Assembly (NCBI GenBank): GCA_964057225.1
Contig: OZ059897.1
Coordinates: forward strand, 21,080,001-21,144,000
Source: Auanema rhodensis
Taxonomy: Eukaryota > Animalia > Nematoda
Length of the DNA stretch: 64,000 bases
Direction of reading: 5' to 3'
Shown here: one piece after another, positions 24,701 to 39,313 of the stretch
Position numbering within the stretch: position 1 is the stretch's first letter
Layout of the letters: each line of letters starts with the position of its first letter
The notes under the pieces: generated by a model
What the model was told of the DNA's origin: nothing
What the model saw: only the letters and a program-made list of their open reading frames with translations
Databases searched by the model: none
Made by a program: the position numbers and the translations under genes

Positions 24701-27700
24701 AGTAGATGTTTTTAGATTCCTTTTTTCAAAGCAAAGACGATGGACAATGTTATTCAACGAAAAAATTAATTCTTCAGGGTGAAAATCGAGGATATAAGTG
24801 TGAACTTATATCAGTTGATATCTCGGTGCATTTTTAAGCTAGCGCAAATCTGATAACACAGATCGACGCAGCTTAAAAATCCGCATCGAATGCACTATAC
24901 TACATTAAAAAACGCTTAATACAAAAATTAGTTATGATCGTTTGAAAAATGATGCATTAGTGTATGTTGAGTTTTCATGTACACTCAACATTGCTTCCAA
25001 AAACATTTTGACAAAAATTTTTTCGAAAAATTTCAAAATAATTTAGCAAAAAGTAGATGTTTTTAGATTCCTTTTTTCAAAGCAAAGACGATGGACAATG
25101 TTATTCAACGAAAAAATCATATCTTCAGGGTGAAAATCGAGGATATAAGTGTGAACTTATATCAGTTGATATCTCGGTGCATTTTTAAGCTAGCGCAAAT
25201 CTGATAACACAGATCGACGCAGCTTAAAAATCCGCATCGAATGCACTATACTACATTAAGAAACGCTTAATACAAAAATTAGTTATGATCGTTTGAAAAA
25301 TGATGCATTAGTGTATGTTGAGTTTCCATGTACACTCAACATTGCTTCCAAAAACATTTTGACAAAAATTTTTTCGAAAAATTTCAAAATAATTTAGCAA
25401 AAAGTAGATGTTTTTAGATTCCTTTTTTCAAAGCAAAGACGATGGACAATGTTATTCAACGAAAAAATTAATTCTTCAGGGTGAAAATCGAGGATATAAG
25501 TGTGAACTTATATCAGTTGATATCTCGGTGCATTTTTAAGCTAGCGCAAATCTGATAACACAGATCGACGCAGCTTAAAAATCCGCATCGAATGCACTAT
25601 ACTACATTAAAAAACGCTTAATACAAAAATTAGTTATGATCGTTTGAAAAATGATGCATTAGTGTATGTTGAGTTTTCATGTACACTCAACATTGCTTCC
25701 AAAAACATTTTGACAAAAATTTTTTCGAAAAATTTCAAAATAATTTAGCAAAAAGTAGATGTTTTTAGATTCCTTTTTTCAAAGCAAAGACGATGGACAA
25801 TGTTATTCAACGAAAAAATCATATCTTCAGGGTGAAAATCGAGGATATAAGTGTGAACTTATATCAGTTGATATCTCGGTGCATTTTTAAGCTAGCGCAA
25901 ATCTGATAACACAGATCGACGCAGCTTAAAAATCCGCATCGAATGCACTATACTACATTGAGAAACGCTTAATACAAAAATTAGTTATGATCGTTTGAAA
26001 AATGATGCATTAGTGTATGTTGAGTTTCCATGTACACTCAACATTGCTTCCAAAAACATTTTGACAAAAATTTTTTTCGAAAAATTTCAAGATAATTTAG
26101 CAAAAAGTAGATGTTTTTAGATTCCTTTTTTCAAGGCAAAGACGATGGACAATGTTATTTAACGAAAAAATTAATTCTTCAGGGTGAAAATCGAGGATAT
26201 AAGTGTAAACTTATATCAGTTGATATCTCGGTGCATTTTTAAGCTAGCGCAAATCTGATAACACAGATCGACGCAGCTTAAAAATCCGCATCGAATGCAC
26301 TATACTACATTGAGAAACGCTTAATACAAAAATTAGTTATGATCGTTTGAAAAATGATGCATTAGTGTATGTTGAGTTTCCATGTACACTCAACATTGCT
26401 TCCAAAAACATTTTGACAAAAATTTTTTCGAAAAATTTCAAAATAATTTAGCAAAAAGTAGATGTCTTTAGATTCCTTTTTTCAAGGCAAAGACGATGGA
26501 CAATGTTATTCAACGAAAAAATTAATTCTTCAGGGTGAAAATCGAGGATATAAGTGTAAACTTATATCAGTTGATATCTCGGTGCATTTTTAAGCTAGCG
26601 CAAATCTGATAACACAGATCGACGCAGCTTAAAAATCCGCATCGAATGCACTATACTACATTGAGAAACGCTTAATACAAAAATTAGTTATGATCGTTTG
26701 AAAAATGATGCATTAGTGTATGTTGAGTTTCCATGTACACTCAACATTGCTTCCAAAAACATTTTGACAAAAATTGTTTCGAAAAATTTCAAAATAATTT
26801 AGCAAAAAGTAGATGTTTTTAGATTCCTTTTTTCAAGGCAAAGACGATGGACAATGTTATTTAACGAAAAAATTAATTCTTCAGGGTGAAAATCGAGGAT
26901 ATAAGTGTAAACTTATATCAGTTGATATCTCGGTGCATTTTTAAGCTAGCGCAAATCTGATAACACAGATCGACGCAGCTTAAAAATCCGCATCGAATGC
27001 ACTATACTACATTGAGAAACGCTTAATACAAAAATTAGTTATGATCGTTTGAAAAATGATGCATTAGTGTATGTTGAGTTTCCATGTACACTCAACATTG
27101 CTTCCAAAAACATTTTGACAAAAATTTTTTCGAAAAATTTCAAGATAATTTAGCAAAAAGTAGATGTTTTTAGATTCCTTTTTTTAAGGCAAAGACGATG
27201 GACAATGTTATTTAACGAAAAAATTAATTCTTCAGGGTGAAAATCGAGGATATAAGTGTAAACTTATATCAGTTGATATCTCGGTGCATTTTTAAGCTAG
27301 CGCAAATCTGATAACACAGATCGACGCAGCTTAAAAATCCGCATCGAATGCACTATACTACATTGAGAAACGCTTAATACAAAAATTAGTTATGATCGTT
27401 TGAAAAATGATGCATTAGTGTATGTTGAGTTTCCATGTACACTCAACATTGCTTCCAAAAACATTTTGACAAAAATTTTTTCGAAAAATTTCAAAATAAT
27501 TTAGCAAAAAGTAGATGTCTTTAGATTCCTTTTTTCAAGGCAAAGACGATGGACAATGTTATTCAACGAAAAAATTAATTCTTCAGGGTGAAAATCGAGG
27601 ATATAAGTGTAAACTTATATCAGTTGATATCTCGGTGCATTTTTAAGCTAGCGCAAATCTGATAACACAGATCGACGCAGCTTAAAAATCCGCATCGAAT

Positions 27701-30700
27701 GCACTATACTACATTGAGAAAAGCTTAATACAAAAATTAGTTATGATCGTTTGAAAAATGATGCATTAGTGTATGTTGAGTTTCCATGTACACTCAACAT
27801 TGCTTCCAAAAACATTTTGACAAAAATTGTTTCGAAAAATTTCAAAATAATTTAGCAAAAAGTAGATGTTTTTAGATTCCTTTTTTCAAGGCAAAGACGA
27901 TGGACAATGTTATTTAACGAAAAAATTAATTCTTCAGGGTGAAAATCGAGGATATAAGTGTAAACTTATATCAGTTGATATCTCGGTGCATTTTTAAGCT
28001 AGCGCAAATCTGATAACACAGATCGACGCAGCTTAAAAATCCGCATCGAATGCACTATACTACATTGAGAAACGCTTAATACAAAAATTAGTTATGATCG
28101 TTTGAAAAATGATGCATTAGTGTATGTTGAGTTTCCATGTACACTCAACATTGCTTCCAAAAACATTTTGACAAAAATTTTTTCGAAAAATTTCAAAATA
28201 ATTTAGCAAAAAGTAGATGTCTTTAGATTCCTTTTTTCAAGGCAAAGACGATGGACAATGTTATTCAACGAAAAAATTAATTCTTCAGGGTGAAAATCGA
28301 GGATATAAGTGTAAACTTATATCAGTTGATATCTCGGTGCATTTTAAGCTAGCGCAAATCTGATAACACAGATCGACGCAGCTTAAAAATCCGCATCGAA
28401 TGCACTATACTACATTGAGAAACGCTTAATACAAAAATTAGTTATGATCGTTTGAAAAATGATGCATTAGTGTATGTTGAGTTTCCATGTACACTCAACA
28501 TTGCTTCCAAAAACATTTTGACAAAAATTGTTTCGAAAAATTTCAAAATAATTTAGCAAAAAGTAGATGTTTTTAGATTCCTTTTTTCAAGGCAAAGACG
28601 ATGGACAATGTTATTTAACGAAAAAATTGATTCTTCAGGGTGAAAATCGAGGATATAAGTGTAAACTTATATCAGTTGATATCTCGGTGCATTTTTAAGC
28701 TAGCGCAAATCTGATAACACAGATCGACGCAGCTTAAAAATCCGCATCGAATGCACTATACTACATTGAGAAACGCTTAATACAAAAATTAGTTATGATC
28801 GTTTGAAAAATGATGCATTAGTGTATGTTGAGTTTCCATGTACACTCAACATTGCTTCCAAAAACATTTTGACAAAAATTTTTTCGAAAAATTTCAAAAT
28901 AATTTAGCAAAAAGTAGATGTTTTTAGATTCCTTTTTTCAAAGCAAAGACGATGGACAATGTTATTCAACGAAAAAATTATATCTTCAGGGTGAAAATCG
29001 AGGATATAAGTGTGAACTTATATCAGTTGATATCTCGGTGCATTTTTAAGCTAGCGCAAATCTGATAACACAGATCGACGCAGCTTAAAAATCCGCATCG
29101 AATGCACTATACTACATTGAGAAACGCTTAATACAAAAATTAGTTATGATCGTTTGAAAAATGATGCATTAGTGTATGTTGAGTTTCCATGTACACTCAA
29201 CATTGCTTCCAAAAACATTTTGACAAAAATTTTTTCGAAAAATTTCAAGATAATTTAGCAAAAAGTAGATGTTTTTAGATTCCTTTTTTTAAGGCAAAGA
29301 CGATGGACAATGTTATTTAACGAAAAAATTAATTCTTCAGGGTGAAAATCGAGGATATAAGTGTAAACTTATATCAGTTGATATCTCGGTGCATTTTTAA
29401 GCTAGCGCAAATCTGATAACACAGATCGACGCAGCTTAAAAATCCGCATCGAATGCACTATACTACATTGAGAAACGCTTAATACAAAAATTAGTTATGA
29501 TCGTTTGAAAAATGATGCATTAGTGTATGTTGAGTTTCCATGTACACTCAACATTGCTTCCAAAAACATTTTGACAAAAATTTTTTCGAAAAATTTCAAA
29601 ATAATTTAGCAAAAAGTAGATGTTTTTAGATTCCTTTTTTCAAAGCAAAGACGATGGACAATGTTATTCAACGAAAAAATTATATCTTCAGGGTGAAAAT
29701 CGAGGATATAAGTGTGAACTTATATCAGTTGATATCTCGGTGCATTTTTAAGCTAGCGCAAATCTGATAACACAGATCGACGCAGCTTAAAAATCCGCAT
29801 CGAATGCACTATACTACATTGAGAAACGCTTAATACAAAAATTAGTTATGATCGTTTGAAAAATGATGCATTAGTGTATGTTGAGTTTCCATGTACACTC
29901 AACATTGCTTCCAAAAACATTTTGACAAAAATTTTTTCGAAAAATTTCAAGATAATTTAGCAAAAAGTAGATGTTTTTAGATTCCTTTTTTTAAGGCAAA
30001 GACGATGGACAATGTTATTTAACGAAAAAATTAATTCTTCAGGGTGAAAATCGAGGATATAAGTGTAAACTTATATCAGTTGATATCTCGGTGCATTTTT
30101 AAGCTAGCGCAAATCTGATAACACAGATCGACGCAGCTTAAAAATCCGCATCGAATGCACTATACTACATTGAGAAACGCTTAATACAAAAATTAGTTAT
30201 GATCGTTTGAAAAATGATGCATTAGTGTATGTTGAGTTTCCATGTACACTCAACATTGCTTCCAAAAACATTTTGACAAAAATTTTTTCGAAAAATTTCA
30301 AAATAATTTAGCAAAAAGTAGATGTCTTTAGATTCCTTTTTTCAAGGCAAAGACGATGGACAATGTTATTCAACGAAAAAATTAATTCTTCAGGGTGAAA
30401 ATCGAGGATATAAGTGTAAACTTATATCAGTTGATATCTCGGTGCATTTTTAAGCTAGCGCAAATCTGATAACACAGATCGACGCAGCTTAAAAATCCGC
30501 ATCGAATGCACTATACTACATTGAGAAAAGCTTAATACAAAAATTAGTTATGATCGTTTGAAAAATGATGCATTAGTGTATGTTGAGTTTCCATGTACAC
30601 TCAACATTGCTTCCAAAAACATTTTGACAAAAATTGTTTCGAAAAATTTCAAAATAATTTAGCAAAAAGTAGATGTTTTTAGATTCCTTTTTTCAAGGCA

Positions 30701-33700
30701 AAGACGATGGACAATGTTATTTAACGAAAAAATTAATTCTTCAGGGTGAAAATCGAGGATATAAGTGTGAACTTATATCAGTTGATATCTCGGTGCATTT
30801 TTAAGCTAGCGTAAATCTGATAACACAAATCGACGCAGCTTAAAAATCCGCATCGAATGCACTATACTACATTGAGAAAAGCTTAATACAAAAATTAGTT
30901 ATGATCGTTTGAAAAATGATGCATTAGTGTATGTTGAGTTTCCATGTACACTCAACATTGCTTCCAAAAACATTTTGACAAAAATTGTTTCGAAAAATTT
31001 CAAAATAATTTAGCAAAAAGTAGATGTTTTTAGATTCCTTTTTTCAAGGCAAAGACGATGGACAATGTTATTTAACGAAAAAATTAATTCTTCAGGGTGA
31101 AAATCGAGGATATAAGTGTGAACTTATATCAGTTGATATCTCGGTGCATTTTTAAGCTAGCGCAAATCTGATAACACAGATCGACGCAGCTTAAAAATCC
31201 GCATCGAATGCACTATACTACATTGAGAAAAGCTTAATACAAAAATTAGTTATGATCGTTTGAAAAATGATGCATTAGTGTATGTTGAGTTTCCATGTAC
31301 ACTCAACATTGCTTCCAAAAACATTTTGACAAAAATTGTTTCGAAAAATTTCAAAATAATTTAGCAAAAAGTAGATGTTTTTAGATTCCTTTTTTCAAGG
31401 CAAAGACGATGGACAATGTTATTTAACGAAAAAATTAATTCTTCAGGGTGAAAATCGAGGATATAAGTGTGAACTTATATCAGTTGATATCTCGGTGCAT
31501 TTTTAAGCTAGCGCAAATCTGATAACACAGATCGACGCAGCTTAAAAATCCGCATCGAATGCACTATACTACATTAAAAAACGCTTAATACAAAAATTAG
31601 TTATGATCGTTTGAAAAATGATGCATTAGTGTATGTTGAGTTTCCATGTACACTCAACATTGCTTCCAAAAACATTTTGACAAAAATTTTTTCGAAAAAT
31701 TTCAAAATAATTTAGCAAAAAGTAGATGTTTTTAGATTCCTTTTTTCAAAGCAAAGACGATGGACAATGTTATTCAACGAAAAAATTAATTCTTCAGGGT
31801 GAAAATCGAGGATATAAGTGTGAACTTATATCAGTTGATATCTCGGTGCATTTTTAAGCTAGCGTAAATCTGATAACACAAATCGACGCAGCTTAAAAAT
31901 CCGCATCGAATGCACTATACTACATTAAGAAACGCTTGATACAAAAATTAGTTATGATCGTTTGAAAAATGATGCATTAGTGTATGTTGAGTTTCCATGT
32001 ACACTCAACATTGCTTCCAAAAACATTTTGACAAAAATTTTTTCGAAAAATTTCAAAATAATTTAGCAAAAAGTAGATGTTTTTAGATTCCTTTTTTCAA
32101 GGCAAAGACGATGGACAATGTTATTCAACGAAAAAATTAATTCTTCAGGGTGAAAATCGAGGATATAAGAGTGAACTTATATCAGTTGATATCTCGGTGC
32201 ATTTTTAAGCTAGCGCAAATCTGATAACACAGATCGACGCAGCTTAAAAATCCGCATCGAATGCACTATACTACATTGAGAAACGCTTAATACAAAAATT
32301 AGTTATGATCGTTTGAAAAATGATGCATTAGTGTATGTTGAGTTTCCATGTACACTCAACATTGCTTCCAAAAACATTTTGACAAAAATTTTTTCGAAAA
32401 ATTTCAAAATAATTTAGCAAAAAGTAGATGTTTTTAGATTCCTTTTTTCAAGGCAAAGACGATGGACAATGTTATTCAACGAAAAAATTAATTCTTCAGG
32501 GTGAAAATCGAGGATATAAGTGTGAACTTATATCAGTTGATATCTCGGTGCATTTTTAAGCTAGCGTAAATCTGATAACACAAATCGACGCAGCTTAAAA
32601 ATCCGCATCGAATGCACTATACTACATTGAGAAAAGCTTAATACAAAAATTAGTTATGATCGTTTGAAAAATGATGCATTAGTGTATGTTGAGTTTCCAT
32701 GTACACTCAACATTGCTTCCAAAAACATTTTGACAAAAATTTTTTCGAAAAATTTCAAGATAATTTAGCAAAAAGTAGATGTTTTTAGATTCCTTTTTTT
32801 AAGGCAAAGACGATGGACAATGTTATTTAACGAAAAAATTAATTCTTCAGGGTGAAAATCGAGGATATAAGTGTAAACTTATATCAGTTGATATCTCGGT
32901 GCATTTTTAAGCTAGCGCAAATCTGATAACACAGATCGACGCAGCTTAAAAATCCGCATCGAATGCACTATACTACATTGAGAAACGCTTAATACAAAAA
33001 TTAGTTATGATCGTTTGAAAAATGATGCATTAGTGTATGTTGAGTTTCCATGTACACTCAACATTGCTTCCAAAAACATTTTGACAAAAATTTTTTCGAA
33101 AAATTTCAAAATAATTTAGCAAAAAGTAGATGTCTTTAGATTCCTTTTTTCAAGGCAAAGACGATGGACAATGTTATTCAACGAAAAAATTAATTCTTCA
33201 GGGTGAAAATCGAGGATATAAGTGTAAACTTATATCAGTTGATATCTCGGTGCATTTTTAAGCTAGCGCAAATCTGATAACACAGATCGACGCAGCTTAA
33301 AAATCCGCATCGAATGCACTATACTACATTGAGAAAAGCTTAATACAAAAATTAGTTATGATCGTTTGAAAAATGATGCATTAGTGTATGTTGAGTTTCC
33401 ATGTACACTCAACATTGCTTCCAAAAACATTTTGACAAAAATTGTTTCGAAAAATTTCAAAATAATTTAGCAAAAAGTAGATGTTTTTAGATTCCTTTTT
33501 TCAAGGCAAAGACGATGGACAATGTTATTTAACGAAAAAATTAATTCTTCAGGGTGAAAATCGAGGATATAAGTGTGAACTTATATCAGTTGATATCTCG
33601 GTGCATTTTTAAGCTAGCGTAAATCTGATAACACAAATCGACGCAGCTTAAAAATCCGCATCGAATGCACTATACTACATTGAGAAAAGCTTAATACAAA

Positions 33701-36700
33701 AATTAGTTATGATCGTTTGAAAAATGATGCATTAGTGTATGTTGAGTTTCCATGTACACTCAACATTGCTTCCAAAAACATTTTGACAAAAATTGTTTCG
33801 AAAAATTTCAAAATAATTTAGCAAAAAGTAGATGTTTTTAGATTCCTTTTTTCAAGGCAAAGACGATGGACAATGTTATTTAACGAAAAAATTAATTCTT
33901 CAGGGTGAAAATCGAGGATATAAGTGTGAACTTATATCAGTTGATATCTCGGTGCATTTTTAAGCTAGCGCAAATCTGATAACACAGATCGACGCAGCTT
34001 AAAAATCCGCATCGAATGCACTATACTACATTAAAAAACGCTTAATACAAAAATTAGTTATGATCGTTTGAAAAATGATGCATTAGTGTATGTTGAGTTT
34101 CCATGTACACTCAACATTGCTTCCAAAAACATTTTGACAAAAATTTTTTCGAAAAATTTCAAAATAATTTAGCAAAAAGTAGATGTTTTTAGATTCCTTT
34201 TTTCAAAGCAAAGACGATGGACAATGTTATTCAACGAAAAAATTAATTCTTCAGGGTGAAAATCGAGGATATAAGTGTGAACTTATATCAGTTGATATCT
34301 CGGTGCATTTTTAAGCTAGCGTAAATCTGATAACACAAATCGACGCAGCTTAAAAATCCGGATCGAATGCACTATACTACATTAAGAAACGCTTGATACA
34401 AAAATTAGTTATGATCGTTTGAAAAATGATGCATTAGTGTATGTTGAGTTTCCATGTACACTCAACATTGCTTCCAAAAACATTTTGACAAAAATTTTTT
34501 CGAAAAATTTCAAAATAATTTAGCAAAAAGTAGATGTTTTTAGATTCCTTTTTTCAAGGCAAAGACGATGGACAATGTTATTCAACGAAAAAATTAATTC
34601 TTCAGGGTGAAAATCGAGGATATAAGAGTGAACTTATATCAGTTGATATCTCGGTGCATTTTTAAGCTAGCGCAAATCTGATAACACAGATCGACGCAGC
34701 TTAAAAATCCGGATCGATTGCACTATACTACATTAAGAAACGCTTGATACAAAAATTAGTTATGATCGTTTGAAAAATGATGCATTAGTGTATGTTGAGT
34801 TTCCATGTACACTCAACATTGCTTCCAAAAACATTTTGACAAAAATTTTTTCGAAAAATTTCAAAATAATTTAGCAAAAAGTAGATGTTTTTAGATTCCT
34901 TTTTTCAAGGCAAAGACGATGGACAATGTTATTCAACGAAAAAATTAATTCTTCAGGGTGAAAATCGAGGATATAAGTGTGAACTTATATCAGTTGATAT
35001 CTCGGTGCATTTTTAAGCTAGCGCAAATCTGATAACACAGATCGACGCAGCTTAAAAATCCGCATCGAATGCACTATACTACATTGAAGAACGCTTAATA
35101 CAAAAATTAGTTATGATCGTTTGAAAAATGATGCATTAGTGTATGTTGAGTTTCCATGTACACTCAACATTGCTTCCAAAAACATTTTGACAAAAATTGT
35201 TTCGAAAAATTTCGAAATAATTTAGCAAAAAGTAGATGTTTTTAGATTCCTTTTTTCAAGGCAAAGACGATGGACAATGTTATTTAACGAAAAAATTAAT
35301 TCTTCAGGGTGAAAATCGAGGATATAAGTGTGAACTTATATCAGTTGATATCTCGGTGCATTTTTAAGCTAGCGCAAATCTGATAACACAGATCGACGCA
35401 GCTTAAAAATCCGCATCGAATGCACTATACTACATTAAAAAACGCTTAATACAAAAATTAGTTATGATCGTTTGAAAAATGATGCATTAGTGTATGTTGA
35501 GTTTCCATGTACACTCAACATTGCTTCCAAAAACATTTTGACAAAAATTTTTTCGAAAAATTTCAAAATAATTTAGCAAAAAGTAGATGTTTTTAGATTC
35601 CTTTTTTCAAGGCAAAGACGATGGACAATGTTATTTAACGAAAAAATTAATTCTTCAGGGTGAAAATCGAGGATATAAGTGTGAACTTATATCAGTTGAT
35701 ATCTCGGTGCATTTTTAAGCTAGCGTAAATCTGATAACACAAATCGACGCAGCTTAAAAATCCGCATCGAATGCACTATACTACATTGAGAAAAGCTTAA
35801 TACAAAAATTAGTTATGATCGTTTGAAAAATGATGCATTAGTGTATGTTGAGTTTCCATGTACACTCAACATTGCTTCCAAAAACATTTTGACAAAAATT
35901 GTTTCGAAAAATTTCAAAATAATTTAGCAAAAAGTAGATGTTTTTAGATTTCTTTTTTCAAGGCAAAGACGATGGACAATGTTATTTAACGAAAAAATTA
36001 ATTCTTCAGGGTGAAAATCGAGGATATAAGTGTGAACTTATATCAGTTGATATCTCGGTGCATTTTTAAGCTAGCGCAAATCTGATAACACAGATCGACG
36101 CAGCTTAAAAATCCGCATCGAATGCACTATACTACATTAAAAAACGCTTAATACAAAAATTAGTTATGATCGTTTGAAAAATGATGCATTAGTGTATGTT
36201 GAGTTTCCATGTACACTCAACATTGCTTCCAAAAACATTTTGACAAAAATTTTTTCGAAAAATTTCAAAATAATTTAGCAAAAAGTAGATGTTTTTAGAT
36301 TCCTTTTTTCAAAGCAAAGACGATGGACAATGTTATTCAACGAAAAAATTAATTCTTCAGGGTGAAAATCGAGGATATAAGTGTGAACTTATATCAGTTG
36401 ATATCTCGGTGCATTTTTAAGCTAGCGTAAATCTGATAACACAAATCGACGCAGCTTAAAAATCCGCATCGAATGCACTATACTACATTAAAAAACGCTT
36501 AATACAAAAATTAGTTATGATCGTTTGAAAAATGATGCATTAGTGTATGTTGAGTTTCCATGTACACTCAACATTGCTTCCAAAAACATTTTGACAAAAA
36601 TTTTTTCGAAAAATTTCAAAATAATTTAGCAAAAAGTAGATGTTTTTAGATTCCTTTTTTCAAAGCAAAGACGATGGACAATGTTATTCAACGAAAAAAT

Positions 36701-37558
36701 TAATTCTTCAGGGTGAAAATCGAGGATATAAGTGTGAACTTATATCAGTTGATATCTCGGTGCATTTTTAAGCTAGCGTAAATCTGATAACACAAATCGA
36801 CGCAGCTTAAAAATCCGCATCGAATGCACTATACTACATTGAGAAAAGCTTAATACAAAAATTAGTTATGATCGTTTGAAAAATGATGCATTAGTGTATG
36901 TTGAGTTTCCATGTACACTCAACATTGCTTCCAAAAACATTTTGACAAAAATTGTTTCGAAAAATTTCAAAATAATTTAGCAAAAAGTAGATGTTTTTAG
37001 ATTCCTTTTTTCAAGGCAAAGACGATGGACAATGTTATTTAACGAAAAAATTAATTCTTCAGGGTGAAAATCGAGGATATAAGTGTAAACTTATATCAGT
37101 TGATATCTCGGTGCATTTTTAAGCTAGCGCAAATCTGATAACACAGATCGACGCAGCTTAAAAATCCGCATCGAATGCACTATACTACATTGAGAAACGC
37201 TTAATACAAAAATTAGTTATGATCGTTTGAAAAATGATGCATTAGTGTATGTTGAGTTTCCATGTACACTCAACATTGCTTCCAAAAACATTTTGACAAA
37301 AATTTTTTCGAAAAATTTCAAAATAATTTAGCAAAAAGTAGATGTTTTTAGATTCCTTTTTTCAAAGCAAAGACGATGGACAATGTTATTCAACGAAAAA
37401 ATTAATTCTTCAGGGTGAAAATCGAGGATATAAGTGTGAACTTATATCAGTTGATATCTCGGTGCATTTTTAAGCTAGCGCAAATCTGATAACACAGATC
37501 GACGCAGCTTAAAAATCCGCATCGAATGCACTATACTACATTAAAAAACGCTTAATAC

Positions 37559-39313
37559 AAAAATTAGTTATGATCGTTTGAAAAATGATGCATTAGTGTA
37601 TGTTGAGTTTTCATGTACACTCAACATTGCTTCCAAAAACATTTTGACAAAAATTTTTTCGAAAAATTTCAAAATAATTTAGCAAAAAGTAGATGTTTTT
37701 AGATTCCTTTTTTCAAAGCAAAGACGATGGACAATGTTATTCAACGAAAAAATCATATCTTCAGGGTGAAAATCGAGGATATAAGTGTAAACTTATATCA
37801 GTTGATATCTCGGTGCATTTTTAAGCTAGCGCAAATCTGATAACACAGATCGACGCAGCTTAAAAATCCGCATCGAATGCACTATACTACATTGAGAAAA
37901 GCTTAATACAAAAATTAGTTATGATCGTTTGAAAAATGATGCATTAGTGTATGTTGAGTTTCCATGTACACTCAACATTGCTTCCAAAAACATTTTGACA
38001 AAAATTGTTTCGAAAAATTTCAAAATAATTTAGCAAAAAGTAGATGTTTTTAGATTCCTTTTTTCAAGGCAAAGACGATGGACAATGTTATTTAACGAAA
38101 AAATTAATTCTTCAGGGTGAAAATCGAGGATATAAGTGTGAACTTATATCAGTTGATATCTCGGTGCATTTTTAAGCTAGCGCAAATCTGATAACACAGA
38201 TCGACGCAGCTTAAAAATCCGCATCGAATGCACTATACTACATTAAAAAACGCTTAATACAAAAATTAGTTATGATCGTTTGAAAAATGATGCATTAGTG
38301 TATGTTGAGTTTTCATGTACACTCAACATTGCTTCCAAAAACATTTTGACAAAAATTTTTTCGAAAAATTTCAAAATAATTTAGCAAAAAGTAGATGTTT
38401 TTAGATTCCTTTTTTCAAAGCAAAGACGATGGACAATGTTATTCAACGAAAAAATCATATCTTCAGGGTGAAAATCGAGGATATAAGTGTAAACTTATAT
38501 CAGTTGATATCTCGGTGCATTTTTAAGCTAGCGCAAATCTGATAACACAGATCGACGCAGCTTAAAAATCCGCATCGAATGCACTATACTACATTGAGAA
38601 AAGCTTAATACAAAAATTAGTTATGATCGTTTGAAAAATGATGCATTAGTGTATGTTGAGTTTCCATGTACACTCAACATTGCTTCCAAAAACATTTTGA
38701 CAAAAATTGTTTCGAAAAATTTCAAAATAATTTAGCAAAAAGTAGATGTTTTTAGATTCCTTTTTTCAAGGCAAAGACGATGGACAATGTTATTTAACGA
38801 AAAAATTAATTCTTCAGGGTGAAAATCGAGGATATAAGTGTGAACTTATATCAGTTGATATCTCGGTGCATTTTTAAGCTAGCGCAAATCTGATAACACA
38901 GATCGACGCAGCTTAAAAATCCGCATCGAATGCACTATACTACATTAAAAAACGCTTAATACAAAAATTAGTTATGATCGTTTGAAAAATGATGCATTAG
39001 TGTATGTTGAGTTTTCATGTACACTCAACATTGCTTCCAAAAACATTTTGACAAAAATTTTTTCGAAAAATTTCAAAATAATTTAGCAAAAAGTAGATGT
39101 TTTTAGATTCCTTTTTTCAAAGCAAAGACGATGGACAATGTTATTCAACGAAAAAATCATATCTTCAGGGTGAAAATCGAGGATATAAGTGTAAACTTAT
39201 ATCAGTTGATATCTCGGTGCATTTTTAAGCTAGCGCAAATCTGATAACACAGATCGACGCAGCTTAAAAATCCGCATCGAATGCACTATACTACATTGAG
39301 AAAAGCTTAATAC
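37559..39313. repeat. Dimeric (702-bp) higher-order repeat, about 2.5 copies
   Basis: Strict alternation of a TTTTCATG/CAAAGC/TCATATC/GTAAAC/GAGAAAAG monomer (37559, 38261, 38963) with an ATTGTTTCG/ATTTAAC/TAAAAAACG monomer (37910, 38612). Confidence 0.85.

Noticed and set aside
28341-28345. 350-bp monomer (T5 to T4 deletion)
   Set aside because: Singleton in a homopolymer, indistinguishable from sequencing error.
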